A DNA stretch of 64,000 nucleotides from Candidatus Micrarchaeia archaeon (GTDB lineage: Archaea > Micrarchaeota > Micrarchaeia > CABMEP01): the NCBI GenBank assembly GCA_038886535.1, contig JAVZXS010000003.1, forward strand, positions 50,369-114,368. The letters are read 5' to 3'. This document shows, in pieces, positions 1-9,241 of the stretch; position 1 is the first letter of the stretch; every line of letters starts with the position of its first letter. A model generated the notes under the pieces. That model worked only from the letters and a program-made list of their open reading frames with translations, did not search any database and was not told the DNA's origin. A program made the translations under genes and the position numbers.

Positions 1-761
1 TTCTTTGCATCTAAAACCATGTTAACAAGTTTATTCATGTCTGCAGCTATGTCAATTCTGAAGTCAGCATTTTTCTTATCACTTTCTCTAAAGAAGTAGA
101 CCATATCTCCTATAGATCCATCTGTTAATGCTGGGCAGAATGTTGGGATATTATTTCTTGAAGCCCAGTAATAAATTGATTTTTCATCCTGAACTTTAAG
201 TCCTAATTTATGAATAAATTCAGAAGGAGTATGAATACGTCCTGTGCTTCTTTGTTCATCAAGCAGCTCTTTCAAGAATGGATGCATCATCTTTTCAAAT
301 TCAATGTATCTATTATTTGGGACAAAAACATTTCCTATTCTATTAATTCCTTTTTTCCTTAATTCAGCACCGTCAGCTCTAAAATCCCCAACATAAAAAT
401 TGCCAAACGTTTTCAAAATGTCTTCTTCCACTCCACCTGTGGTTGTAACCAAAGCCTTAACCATTTTATGCTTTACAAGATATCTTATGACATCCCTTAT
501 ACCGGAACTTACCATATTTGAATTATAGGCTAAAAAAATGTCTGCATTCTCTCTTCTCATTTCTTTAGCTATTTCTATGGCCTTGCCAAGGTGAGATGCT
601 TGCATTCCTATATTGTAATATGAATTTATCAATTCACTTACTTCATCATTGATTTCAAATTTATCAAAATCATAACCCTTAATAATAGGCAAATCATTAG
701 GTTCTTCTGATTCTTTGTAATTTGCATCGTGCGCCTTTTTTATCTTATCTTTTGAAACCAT
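1..761 (-). CDS. dhs: Deoxyhypusine synthase (3' end runs off the window)
   Basis: Not in the ORF track. Manual minus-strand translation from ATG 761 gives MVSKDKIKKAH...GMQASHLGKA...AYNSNMVSSGIRD...TTTGGVEEDILK...GINRIGNVFVPN...FCPALTDGSIGD, the hallmark DHS motifs. GGTGA SD upstream. Confidence 0.95.
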   Translation of the reverse strand, partial: MVSKDKIKKAHDANYKESEEPNDLPIIKGYDFDKFEINDEVSELINSYYNIGMQASHLGKAIEIAKEMRRENADIFLAYNSNMVSSGIRDVIRYLVKHKMVKALVTTTGGVEEDILKTFGNFYVGDFRADGAELRKKGINRIGNVFVPNNRYIEFEKMMHPFLKELLDEQRSTGRIHTPSEFIHKLGLKVQDEKSIYYWASRNNIPTFCPALTDGSIGDMVYFFRESDKKNADFRIDIAADMNKLVNMVLDAK

Positions 762-825
762 TTTCTTCACCTAACTTTATTAAATCACATGTAAGAATAT
801 TAAATCTTGCTGTTCTAATATATTT

Positions 826-1290
826 ATGGAAATTCCAGAATCAAAACTTATAAAATCAGAAATTATTCTGCGAGATATGGATTTGAATGATGAAGTAAAA
901 ATGACAAGAAAATCTTTAGTAAGATGGTTAGCTTTATCTTTAGGAATAATATCAAAAAATGAGTCAAGACAGTCAGTTTTAAATGTTCTTGAGGCGCTTC
1001 TTTATTATCATCTTAAAGAGAAGAAAGAACCGAACTATCAAGATCTAGTTGAATATTTTTCAAAGAATAACATTCAAATGAATGAAAAAACAATAAGATA
1101 TCACTTAACACAGCTTAGAAAGATGGGAATACTTGAAGACAATCGAGGCACATATCGTTTTTCAGGATTTCAATATGATGATCTTTCTTCAGCTCTAGAA
1201 ACAACATATCAAAAAAGAGCATATATGGCATTCTTTAACATAAAGCAATCGTTAAATATCCTTCAAAAAATGTACGAAGAACAGAAATAA
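826..1290 (+). CDS. Winged-helix (wHTH) DNA-binding protein, putative transcription regulator
   Basis: NEKTIRYHLTQLRKMGILED...GTYRF wHTH pattern; divergent from dhs. Confidence 0.7.
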   Translation: MEIPESKLIKSEIILRDMDLNDEVKMTRKSLVRWLALSLGIISKNESRQSVLNVLEALLYYHLKEKKEPNYQDLVEYFSKNNIQMNEKTIRYHLTQLRKMGILEDNRGTYRFSGFQYDDLSSALETTYQKRAYMAFFNIKQSLNILQKMYEEQK

Positions 1291-1377
1291 TTGTATTTAA
1301 TTATTTGCTTGATTTAGTCATTGTATTTTTACTCTCTTGATCTTTCAGATAAATTAAACTGCTTAGTAGGTGATAAA

Positions 1378-1974
1378 ATGTTAATTGTAGATCTTGAAAC
1401 TACTGGCGTCAATCCTAAAAAAAATTCAATAATCAGCATAGGAGCAATAGATTTTCTTCATCCTGAAAGGACATTTTATGAAGAATGTAGGCCATGGAAC
1501 GGAGCAGAAATAGATGATGATGCTTTAGCTATTAATGGTTTTACTAAGGATCAGATTCTTGATGAAAACAGAAAAACTCTTTATGAGGCAATGAACAACT
1601 TTCTTAAATGGATTAGCGAATCAGAAAATCAAACACTCGGTGGTCATAACTTTGGATTTGATTGGGCTTTCTTAAAAGAAACAGCTGAAATTTACAATCT
1701 TTCCTGGAAGCCGCATAGAAGAATTGTAGATCTTCATTCAGTATGCTACACCCATTATCTTAAGAGAGGCATTATTCCTCCGCTTAAAGACAACAGAACT
1801 GATCTGAGTTTCAACAAGGTTCTTAACTATGTTGGCCTTCCTGACGAGCCAATTCCGCACAATGCATTATTCGGTGCAAAGGCAGCTGCTGAGGCATTCT
1901 CACGTCTTCTCTATGGGAAGTCTCTTCTTGATGAATTTCATAAATATCCAATTCCAGATTACCTTAAAATTTAG
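1378..1974 (+). CDS. DEDDh/DnaQ-like 3'-5' exonuclease, paralog 1
   Basis: ExoI DLETTG, ExoII GHNFGFD, ExoIII variant PHNALFGA. Start moved to ATG 1378, which follows the GGTGATAAA SD. Confidence 0.85.
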   Translation: MLIVDLETTGVNPKKNSIISIGAIDFLHPERTFYEECRPWNGAEIDDDALAINGFTKDQILDENRKTLYEAMNNFLKWISESENQTLGGHNFGFDWAFLKETAEIYNLSWKPHRRIVDLHSVCYTHYLKRGIIPPLKDNRTDLSFNKVLNYVGLPDEPIPHNALFGAKAAAEAFSRLLYGKSLLDEFHKYPIPDYLKI

Positions 1975-2081
1975 TAAATTTATAATATTCTACTATCATC
2001 TTGATTAAAGGATTCAAATTATATCGGGAGATATCGGAAGTAAACAAATAGGTAATAATATAGGTAAGAAGCACAATATAT

Positions 2082-2129
2082 CTTACATTTTTGCAAACTA
2101 TAATTTTCAAAAATGTTGAAAATTTGCAA
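2082..2129. repeat. 48-bp direct repeat, copy 1, internally palindromic
   Basis: CTTACATTTTTGCAAACTATAATTTTCAAAAATGTTGAAAATTTGCAA; 47/48 identical to 3514..3561. Confidence 0.95.
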
Positions 2130-2173
2130 ATTAAAATCAAAGAATTTATATATTTAACTATTAATAACATTTT

Positions 2174-3418
2174 ATGTTGAAAGATACGATATTAGCACTA
2201 AACCCACATTGGGAAGAGAATTTCTTTTATAGCTATCCATTGAAGCGTAAAGTTTTTACGAAAATTCTTAATTCTCTTTCTCATCCTCTAATGCCTACTT
2301 TGATAGGTCCAAGAAGAGTTGGAAAAACAGTTTTAATGAAACAGACAATAAACCATCTTATCTCTGAAGGATATTTGAGAAAGAATATTCTTTTCTTTAG
2401 TTTCGATGAGGAGGTAAAAGAACCATTAGAAATAATTAATGCATGGGAAGAGATGATCGCAAAGAAAGTAAGAGGATCAAATTTCTTTGTCTTTTTCGAT
2501 GAAATTCAAAAACTTGAAAACTGGGCATCAAAAATAAAACTACTTTATGACAATTTAGGAATAAAAATTTTCTTAAGCGGCTCTGCATCATTAGAAGTAA
2601 GAAAAGGATCAGAAAGTCTGGCTGGTAGGACAGTAGACATATTTGTAAATCCGATCTCGTTCGATGAATATCTTCTTCTTTCAGGAAAGAAGCATTCAGA
2701 AATAGATGAAGAAGAGTGGAAAAGTTACGTTATGTACATGCATAAACAACTACCAGAACTTGCTCTTTATCCATCAATTGACAGCAAAGAATACATCACA
2801 AGTATCGTGAAAAAAGTAATTTTTGAGGATGTCAAAAAATATTACAGAATAGAAGAATCAGAAACAATTGAAGGAATATTCAAATTTATATGTAGAGATC
2901 CAGGACAAATTATTATAATATCCGATCTTGCTAAGGATTTCGGAATAAGCAGAATAACTGCATCTAACTATCTTCATGCATTAGAAAAGAGTTTTCTATT
3001 AAGAAAGCTATACAATTTCTCAAAGAATGCGAGAAAGATAGAGGTAAAGGCAAAGAAATACTATCCATTTTATACATCACTTGCAGATTATGTTGAATTA
3101 ACAGACTTTTCGAAGCTTGCAGAAATCGAGGTAGCTTGGAAAACCCAAGCAGATTTCTTTTGGAATGACAGAGGAAAAGAGATTGATTTTATAAAATTAA
3201 AAGATAAAGATTTAACAGCAATTGAGGTAAAAACAAGAAATATGATCGATAAGAAAGACATCAAATGGCTTGTAGAAAATAGAATAGGTGCAAAAAGAAG
3301 AATCGTGATTACTGGCTTTGACTCTAAATACAACCTTGCTAAAGAAGATAAAGAAGAGATTAAAGACATAGAGTTTTTAAGACTTCATAAATTAGAATCA
3401 ACATTTCAATCAGATTAA
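2174..3418 (+). CDS. AAA+ ATPase (AAA_14/DUF4143 type) with wHTH and C-terminal PD-(D/E)XK-like domain
   Basis: Walker A GPRRVGKT, Walker B FFDEIQ, SGSAS, ESLAGR, HTH LAKDFGISRITASNYL, C-terminal EIDFI...IEVK. Confidence 0.9.
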   Translation: MLKDTILALNPHWEENFFYSYPLKRKVFTKILNSLSHPLMPTLIGPRRVGKTVLMKQTINHLISEGYLRKNILFFSFDEEVKEPLEIINAWEEMIAKKVRGSNFFVFFDEIQKLENWASKIKLLYDNLGIKIFLSGSASLEVRKGSESLAGRTVDIFVNPISFDEYLLLSGKKHSEIDEEEWKSYVMYMHKQLPELALYPSIDSKEYITSIVKKVIFEDVKKYYRIEESETIEGIFKFICRDPGQIIIISDLAKDFGISRITASNYLHALEKSFLLRKLYNFSKNARKIEVKAKKYYPFYTSLADYVELTDFSKLAEIEVAWKTQADFFWNDRGKEIDFIKLKDKDLTAIEVKTRNMIDKKDIKWLVENRIGAKRRIVITGFDSKYNLAKEDKEEIKDIEFLRLHKLESTFQSD

Positions 3419-3513
3419 AAACTTCAATCATCTTAAAGCAATTCAAATACCTTAATAAATTATTGATAAATTATTGAATCACTATTGAATCAGTTTAAAA
3501 GAAGCGTTTAAAA

Positions 3514-3561
3514 CTTACATTTTTGCAAACTATGATTTTCAAAAATGTTGAAAATTTGCAA
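3514..3561. repeat. 48-bp direct repeat, copy 2
   Basis: CTTACATTTTTGCAAACTATGATTTTCAAAAATGTTGAAAATTTGCAA; one A>G mismatch versus copy 1. Confidence 0.95.
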
Positions 3562-3764
3562 TATGGGATCCTATTCATCTAATATAACTAAGCGGTAGTT
3601 TTAAGAGAAAAATCATAGAGTATGTAGCTATCATAATAGTTATGGAAATAAAAAGTATGAACATTATAAAATCCTAAAGTTAAATTAAAATCTCCAAAAT
3701 CGTATCTAAAATCCTTTATTCATTTAGGGATTCCTCCAAGTAAAAAATCCTATTTTTTCTTTAC

Positions 3765-3781
3765 AGGATTTCTACAAAGCT
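3765..3781 (+). mobile_element. Solo IS end (IS5-like terminal sequence)
   Basis: AGGATTTCTACAAAGCT, identical to 51548..51564, which terminates a transposase remnant. Confidence 0.6.
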
Positions 3782-3832
3782 ATACAAAACAATATTTTTA
3801 TATTACAACACTGTTTTTTCTAAGGTGATAAT

Positions 3833-4435
3833 CTGATAGTAATAGATGTAGAAACAACAGGTCTCGATCCTAAGAAAAATTCTATAATTAGTATAGGCGT
3901 AGTTGATTTCTCTAATCCTAAGAGGCAATTTTATCGAGAATGCAGGCCATGGGAAGGAGCAATCATAGATGAAGCTGCATTGAATGTAAATGGATTTAAA
4001 AAAGATTCTTTGTTTAATCCAAATAAACCTTCACTTAAAGAAGCGATAAGCGAGTTTTTTTCATGGTTTCTTAAGTCTGAAAATCAAACTCTTGCAGGAC
4101 ATAACTTTGGTTCATTCGATTCAAAATTTATTCAAGCAGCTATTGAAATATATGATTTAAGTTTCAGGATACAAAGTAGATCTGTAGATCTCCATTATAT
4201 TTGCTATGCAGATCATTTAAGAAAAGGAATTCCTCTTCCTTTAAACAAAAATAGAACGAACATAAATTCTGATTATGCCTTCAAGTATGTTGGACTTCCA
4301 GAAGAGCCGCACCCCCATATTGCAATCACAGGAGCAAAATTTATAGCTGAATCATTCTCAAGATTGATATATGGAAAGATTTTATTAGATGAATTTAGAA
4401 AATATAAAATTCCATCCCATCTAAAACAAAAATAA
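3833..4435 (+). CDS. DEDDh/DnaQ-like 3'-5' exonuclease, paralog 2 (CTG start)
   Basis: The frame extends 49 codons upstream of the tracked TTG 3980: CTG-IVIDVETTGLDPKKNSIISIG aligns with paralog 1 MLIVDLETTGVNPKKNSIISIG. GGTGATAAT precedes the CTG. Confidence 0.8.
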   Translation: MIVIDVETTGLDPKKNSIISIGVVDFSNPKRQFYRECRPWEGAIIDEAALNVNGFKKDSLFNPNKPSLKEAISEFFSWFLKSENQTLAGHNFGSFDSKFIQAAIEIYDLSFRIQSRSVDLHYICYADHLRKGIPLPLNKNRTNINSDYAFKYVGLPEEPHPHIAITGAKFIAESFSRLIYGKILLDEFRKYKIPSHLKQK

Positions 4436-4525
4436 TCATAGGAAATCATGTTTAATAAGTATTAAATAGATGTTTTTCTATTTTTTAATATTGCACTTAT
4501 TAGTTTAATTCTGGATTGTGGAAAT

Positions 4526-7279
4526 ATGTCACATTTGATAATTAAAAAATTCGGTTCTCTTACAGAAATACAGAAGCAAGCAATTCCTTTAGTGCAACAA
4601 GGAAAGAACGTTTTAATAATAGCTCCAACCGGATCTGGAAAAACAGAGACTGCAGCTGTACCAATAATGGAAAAGATAAAAGAAGCTAATCTTAAAGGGA
4701 TTGCAGCTATCTATATCACTCCTCTTCGTGCTTTAAATAGAGATATGCTTAAAAGACTGACAGAATGGGCAAAAGAAATAGGAATAACTATTGCAGTAAG
4801 GCATGGAGATACAGGAACTTCTGAAAGATCCTTACAGGCTAGATCACCTCCACAGTTTCTTATTACAACCCCTGAAACCCTTCAAGCTATTCTACCTGCA
4901 AAGAAAATAGGTGAGCATCTTAGAAATGTAAAATATGTAATTGTAGATGAACTTCATGAGCTTGCAGATAGCAAAAGAGGAGCTCAGCTTTCAATAGGTC
5001 TAGAAAGATTAGCAGAGAAAGCAGGTGAATTTCAAAGGATTGGAATAAGTGCTACAGTTTCAGATCCAATAAAGTTGTCTCAATTTTTGTGCGGATTCCG
5101 TTCATGTGAAATAGTTGATTTAAAATATCTAAAGTCAATGAAATTTGAGATTTCTTACCCTCAACCAGTAATTCAGCATGAAAAAGAAGCAAACGAGCTT
5201 CAGATTGATTCAGCTGCCGTTGCAAGATTAAAGGAAATTCAAAAAATTATACAGCATCAACGCACTCTTATATTTGTAAATACTCGCTCAATTGCTGAGA
5301 TTCTCGGTTCTAGGTTGATGAAGTTAGATCCAAAGATAGCAGTTCACCACGGTTCTCTATCAAAAGAAGTAAGAATTCAATTAGAGGATGATTTCAAAAA
5401 CGGGAAACTTCATGCTCTTGTTGCTACTTCTTCATTGGAGCTTGGAATAGATATAGGAGATATTTCACACGTAATTCAATATATGTCACCTAGACAGGTT
5501 TCAAGACTTGTTCAGAGGGTAGGAAGAAGCGGACATACTATAAAAGGAACTTCAAGAGGAACAATTATATGTGCAGATCCAGATGATGTATTTGAGGCCC
5601 ATGCACTACTAAAATTAATAGAAGAAGGTCAGTTAGAAGAACAGCAGATCTGCGAAAATGCATTAGATGTTCTTGCACATCAGATTGCAGGCATATTGAT
5701 TGAAAGAGATAAGGAAGTAAGTACAGAGGAGGTTTATAGCATAATAAAGAGAGCCTATCCATATTCAACACTTCATCCAGAGAAGTTTTTATCTGTAATT
5801 AATTTTATGGAAGACAAAAGACTTTTGAAAAAGAACGGAAACATGCTACAGAGAATGTCTTCTACACGTTTATACTACTATGAGCATCTCTCTACAATTC
5901 CATCTGTTGAAAAATTCCTTGTAAAGGATGCAGCAACAAACAAGATAATATCCACTCTTGATGAGGATTTTGTTTCTTTCTTTGAAACAAACGAGCTTTT
6001 CATAACTAAAGGGGTTCCATGGAGGATATTGGACATTGATAATGAGAGGAGAATTGTAGTGGTGGAGGCAGCAGATGATATAAGCGCAGCTATTCCAGAT
6101 TGGGAAGGTGAAGAGATACCAACAAGCTATGAAGTTGCACAGACAGTTGGAAAATTAAGAACCAGCGTCAAGGAGCTTCTAAAGGAATCAGAAGATATAA
6201 ATAAAGCAGCAAAAGAAACAGGAATAGAAGTAGAAGCTATAAAGGATTTAATTGATTCACCAGAATTTAGAGAAGTGATGCCAACAAATAAAAACATTCT
6301 TATAGAATGTTGGAATGATGTTGCTGTAATACATGTCTTAGGAGGCCTTAATGCAAACAGAACATTAGCTGCAGTGCTTGCAGAGAGATTATCAAAAGAA
6401 TATGGTTCGTCAATAAAAACGCTTGTGGATGCGTATAGAATAGCATTGGTTCTTCCAAGGAAGGCAGAGTCAAATGTAGTAAAGGATCAGCTTTTAGCCA
6501 TAGCCAGATCGGATATAAAATCAGATTTGGAATCCCATCTTTCTAAGCATAAGCTTTTTAGATTCAAATTCATCCACATAGGTAAGATGTTTAATTTGTT
6601 CCGTGAAACCCCCAGGATTTCAGATCGTTTCATCCAGGCCTTTGTAGGAACACCAGTTTATGAAGAGACACTTAGGGATGTTTATTCTTCTTATTATGAT
6701 CTGAAGAATGCACAAAAAATACTTGATGGAATTGCAAAGAAAGAGATTTCTGTCCACTCAGTGCAGGTGAAGAAACTCTCTCCAGTTGCAACACGTGCAC
6801 TTATAAGGAATCATGGGTCAGAGCTTATTGCATCAATAGAGCCAACATCAGAGATAATAAAGGCATTTAAAGCTAAGTTGCTTGGCAAGTCAGTTGTTTT
6901 ATATTGCATGCATTGCGGAAAGGATTGGATTTCATTTATTGGAACATTGCAGGAAAAGGTAAAATGCCCAAAGTGCGGAAGCAGTGTTGTTACAATAGTG
7001 CCTAATTTCGTCTCTGTAGAGGATATTAGAAAACTATTAAAGAAAAAGAGGCTTAATTCAGAGGAAAAAAGCTGGAGAGAAAAACTTGAAAGATCAGCCG
7101 CCATAATAAGTGCCTCAGGAAGGAATGGTGTGATTACACTTTCTACATATGGAATAGGCCCAACTAAGGCATCCTTCATTCTTAGCAGGCCATATAAGAC
7201 TGAAGATGAGTTTTATGCAGCCCTCCTTGAAGCACAGAAGACATTTATAAGAACAAAGAGATTCTGGGAGTTTCATTAA
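4526..7279 (+). CDS. lhr: Lhr-like SF2 helicase with C-terminal Zn ribbon
   Basis: Q motif, APTGSGKT, PLRALNRD, DELH, HHGSLS, SSLELGIDIG, QRVGRSGH; CMHC...CPKC. Confidence 0.9.
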   Translation: MSHLIIKKFGSLTEIQKQAIPLVQQGKNVLIIAPTGSGKTETAAVPIMEKIKEANLKGIAAIYITPLRALNRDMLKRLTEWAKEIGITIAVRHGDTGTSERSLQARSPPQFLITTPETLQAILPAKKIGEHLRNVKYVIVDELHELADSKRGAQLSIGLERLAEKAGEFQRIGISATVSDPIKLSQFLCGFRSCEIVDLKYLKSMKFEISYPQPVIQHEKEANELQIDSAAVARLKEIQKIIQHQRTLIFVNTRSIAEILGSRLMKLDPKIAVHHGSLSKEVRIQLEDDFKNGKLHALVATSSLELGIDIGDISHVIQYMSPRQVSRLVQRVGRSGHTIKGTSRGTIICADPDDVFEAHALLKLIEEGQLEEQQICENALDVLAHQIAGILIERDKEVSTEEVYSIIKRAYPYSTLHPEKFLSVINFMEDKRLLKKNGNMLQRMSSTRLYYYEHLSTIPSVEKFLVKDAATNKIISTLDEDFVSFFETNELFITKGVPWRILDIDNERRIVVVEAADDISAAIPDWEGEEIPTSYEVAQTVGKLRTSVKELLKESEDINKAAKETGIEVEAIKDLIDSPEFREVMPTNKNILIECWNDVAVIHVLGGLNANRTLAAVLAERLSKEYGSSIKTLVDAYRIALVLPRKAESNVVKDQLLAIARSDIKSDLESHLSKHKLFRFKFIHIGKMFNLFRETPRISDRFIQAFVGTPVYEETLRDVYSSYYDLKNAQKILDGIAKKEISVHSVQVKKLSPVATRALIRNHGSELIASIEPTSEIIKAFKAKLLGKSVVLYCMHCGKDWISFIGTLQEKVKCPKCGSSVVTIVPNFVSVEDIRKLLKKKRLNSEEKSWREKLERSAAIISASGRNGVITLSTYGIGPTKASFILSRPYKTEDEFYAALLEAQKTFIRTKRFWEFH

Positions 7280-7761
7280 ACAACTGTATCAATGGGCAAA
7301 CCAAATTCTAAGTGTTTGACAAACCAAAAAATAAGATTTATTTTCTCTACTTATATCTGGGTGGCACTACTTTAGAAAGAATATTGCAAAATAGAAAAAA
7401 AAAAGGAAAAATATCTAATTATAATAAAGAAAAATCACATTTTTCTTTTCATTTATTAATTATAATTAATTATTAAGGTTTTTTATGTTAATTCTCTCTT
7501 TTTGCTTTTAAGCTATTAGGGTCTTTGATATAATAATCTTTTAAGTTCTGCCTATTGGAAATGATATCATCCTATAAGAGTAGTCGTAAGGATTTTATAT
7601 AGAGTTTATTCTAATAATTTAATAGGATTTATTTAGAACTACTCAAAGATTTTTTAAATATTAGGAAAAAAGGAAAAATTCGAATTCTTACTTTCTCTCT
7701 AATATACCTATAGTTCACTTTTAGTCGTCTGAAAATGTAACTGAAACAGATGCTCCGATAT

Positions 7762-7780
7762 CCACTTTGATTCAAAGTGG
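7762..7780. promoter_or_regulatory. Perfect 9-1-9 palindrome, candidate operator
   Basis: CCACTTTGA-T-TCAAAGTGG about 26 bp upstream of the TATA-like TTTATTAA (about 7807) of gene 7836. Confidence 0.55.
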
Positions 7781-7835
7781 CACTTAATAGTAATTAACAA
7801 TAATATTTATTAAAGTTGATTGCTTACATCTATTT

Positions 7836-9128
7836 ATGTCATTTGACAAAGGTCTTTCAAAGAGAGTACCAGAGCTTATCTTTCGGCTTCAGTTCGGAGA
7901 CTCTTATGCTGCAACACAGCTCAGCCTTATTGCAGAATCAAAACCTCTTATTCTTGATATGTTAAGGAGCAAAGATCCGATTATCAATAAACTTCCTCCA
8001 ATAATTATTTCAATCAATCCAAAAAATAGACAATGGATGAAAAGGATAGCAATAGAAGGAGGAATGGCTGCAGACAAACCGTTGGAACAGAAGAAAGAAA
8101 AGGCATTGGAACAGTATGTTTATGAAATCATTAAAAAATGGAAATCAAATAAGAAACCTATTGAGGAAAGTATAAAAAAGGACGTTGAGGGTAATCTCCT
8201 TTCAAAGCAAGAGCTAAATGAAATAATTCGCACAATACCAAAAGAAGAAATTGAGCGCATTAAGAAAGATCTGATGGAATTAAAGGTAGAGCTTTCAAAT
8301 AAGAATATTGCAGCATATTATTATCATGAGAGAGAAATAAGAACATCCTGGCTTGTTAATACAACCTATGGCATTCTCACAAGAAATGAAGTAAGGGCAT
8401 CAATCCCATCGGAAGAGACTGAAAAGGAAATAAAAAAGATAATTGAATCATGTATACGTGAAAACAAGACACTCCATCTAATAGGATTCTGGGGAGGATA
8501 TAAAGAAAGTAAGGATGGTAATCCAGATCTTGCTGATGAAAAGGCGTTGGATAGAATTAAAAGTCAAGTAGAACGCTTAAGATCACTTGGACTTAAAGTG
8601 GATGCAACACTTTTTCTTGCTGATTTACATGCGATATCTCCATTAATGGGAAGATCTTTAGAATTGAAGAGTTCTAGTACAATTTATCTTGCCAAAATCA
8701 AACAGATGTGTAATGAGAGAGATATCAACTACAAAAGTATAGCTGAAAGTTTTTATGGATTTTCAGTTTCTAACTATGCCTCTACCAAGGAAAGCGGAAA
8801 GGAAATTAGCTATGAATATGAATTTAAAGAAGAAGTTATAAGGCGTGCTAAGGAGTTTTGGAAGAATGCAGACGAAGAAACAAAGGCTACAATTCTAAAA
8901 GCTGCAGAAAAGCATACTTTTACAGAAATGGAAAAAGAGGAAGCTGCACTGGGATATATAGGACACAGACTTTTTGAAAAAGAATGGCTTGAAACATTGG
9001 AGGACAGTATTATTATTTCTTATGGTAGTCCACGCTTAGCGCCTCTTCTTCCAACAAATACCCTCTTTTGGTATTCAGTAGGCAATCTTTCTAATCCACC
9101 ATGGTACATGGAAATGAGTGAAATTTAA
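7836..9128 (+). CDS. Hypothetical protein; C-terminal Rossmann domain resembling class-Ic aaRS / CDPS / PvcA-DIT1 enzymes
   Basis: LHLIGFWGGYK...PDLADEKALDRI...LFLADLHA...AALGYIGHRLFE...PPWY; no HIGH or KMSKS. Confidence 0.45.
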   Translation: MSFDKGLSKRVPELIFRLQFGDSYAATQLSLIAESKPLILDMLRSKDPIINKLPPIIISINPKNRQWMKRIAIEGGMAADKPLEQKKEKALEQYVYEIIKKWKSNKKPIEESIKKDVEGNLLSKQELNEIIRTIPKEEIERIKKDLMELKVELSNKNIAAYYYHEREIRTSWLVNTTYGILTRNEVRASIPSEETEKEIKKIIESCIRENKTLHLIGFWGGYKESKDGNPDLADEKALDRIKSQVERLRSLGLKVDATLFLADLHAISPLMGRSLELKSSSTIYLAKIKQMCNERDINYKSIAESFYGFSVSNYASTKESGKEISYEYEFKEEVIRRAKEFWKNADEETKATILKAAEKHTFTEMEKEEAALGYIGHRLFEKEWLETLEDSIIISYGSPRLAPLLPTNTLFWYSVGNLSNPPWYMEMSEI

Positions 9129-9241
9129 AAAAAGATAAAAAGAATTCAAGCGCTTATAGTTCTTCGATATTATCATTCATTTCTTACCTTATCTTTATAG
9201 ATATTTAATATTATTGCAGTTTACATGCTATTTTTCAACTG

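Noticed and set aside
2082..3561. 48-bp repeats as a CRISPR array or Xer/dif site
   Set aside because: Only two copies, 1.4 kb apart around a whole gene, and no 11-6-11 dif layout
3765..3781. ATTTCTAC resembles a Cas12a CRISPR repeat
   Set aside because: Only two copies, 48 kb apart, with no spacers; better explained as an IS end
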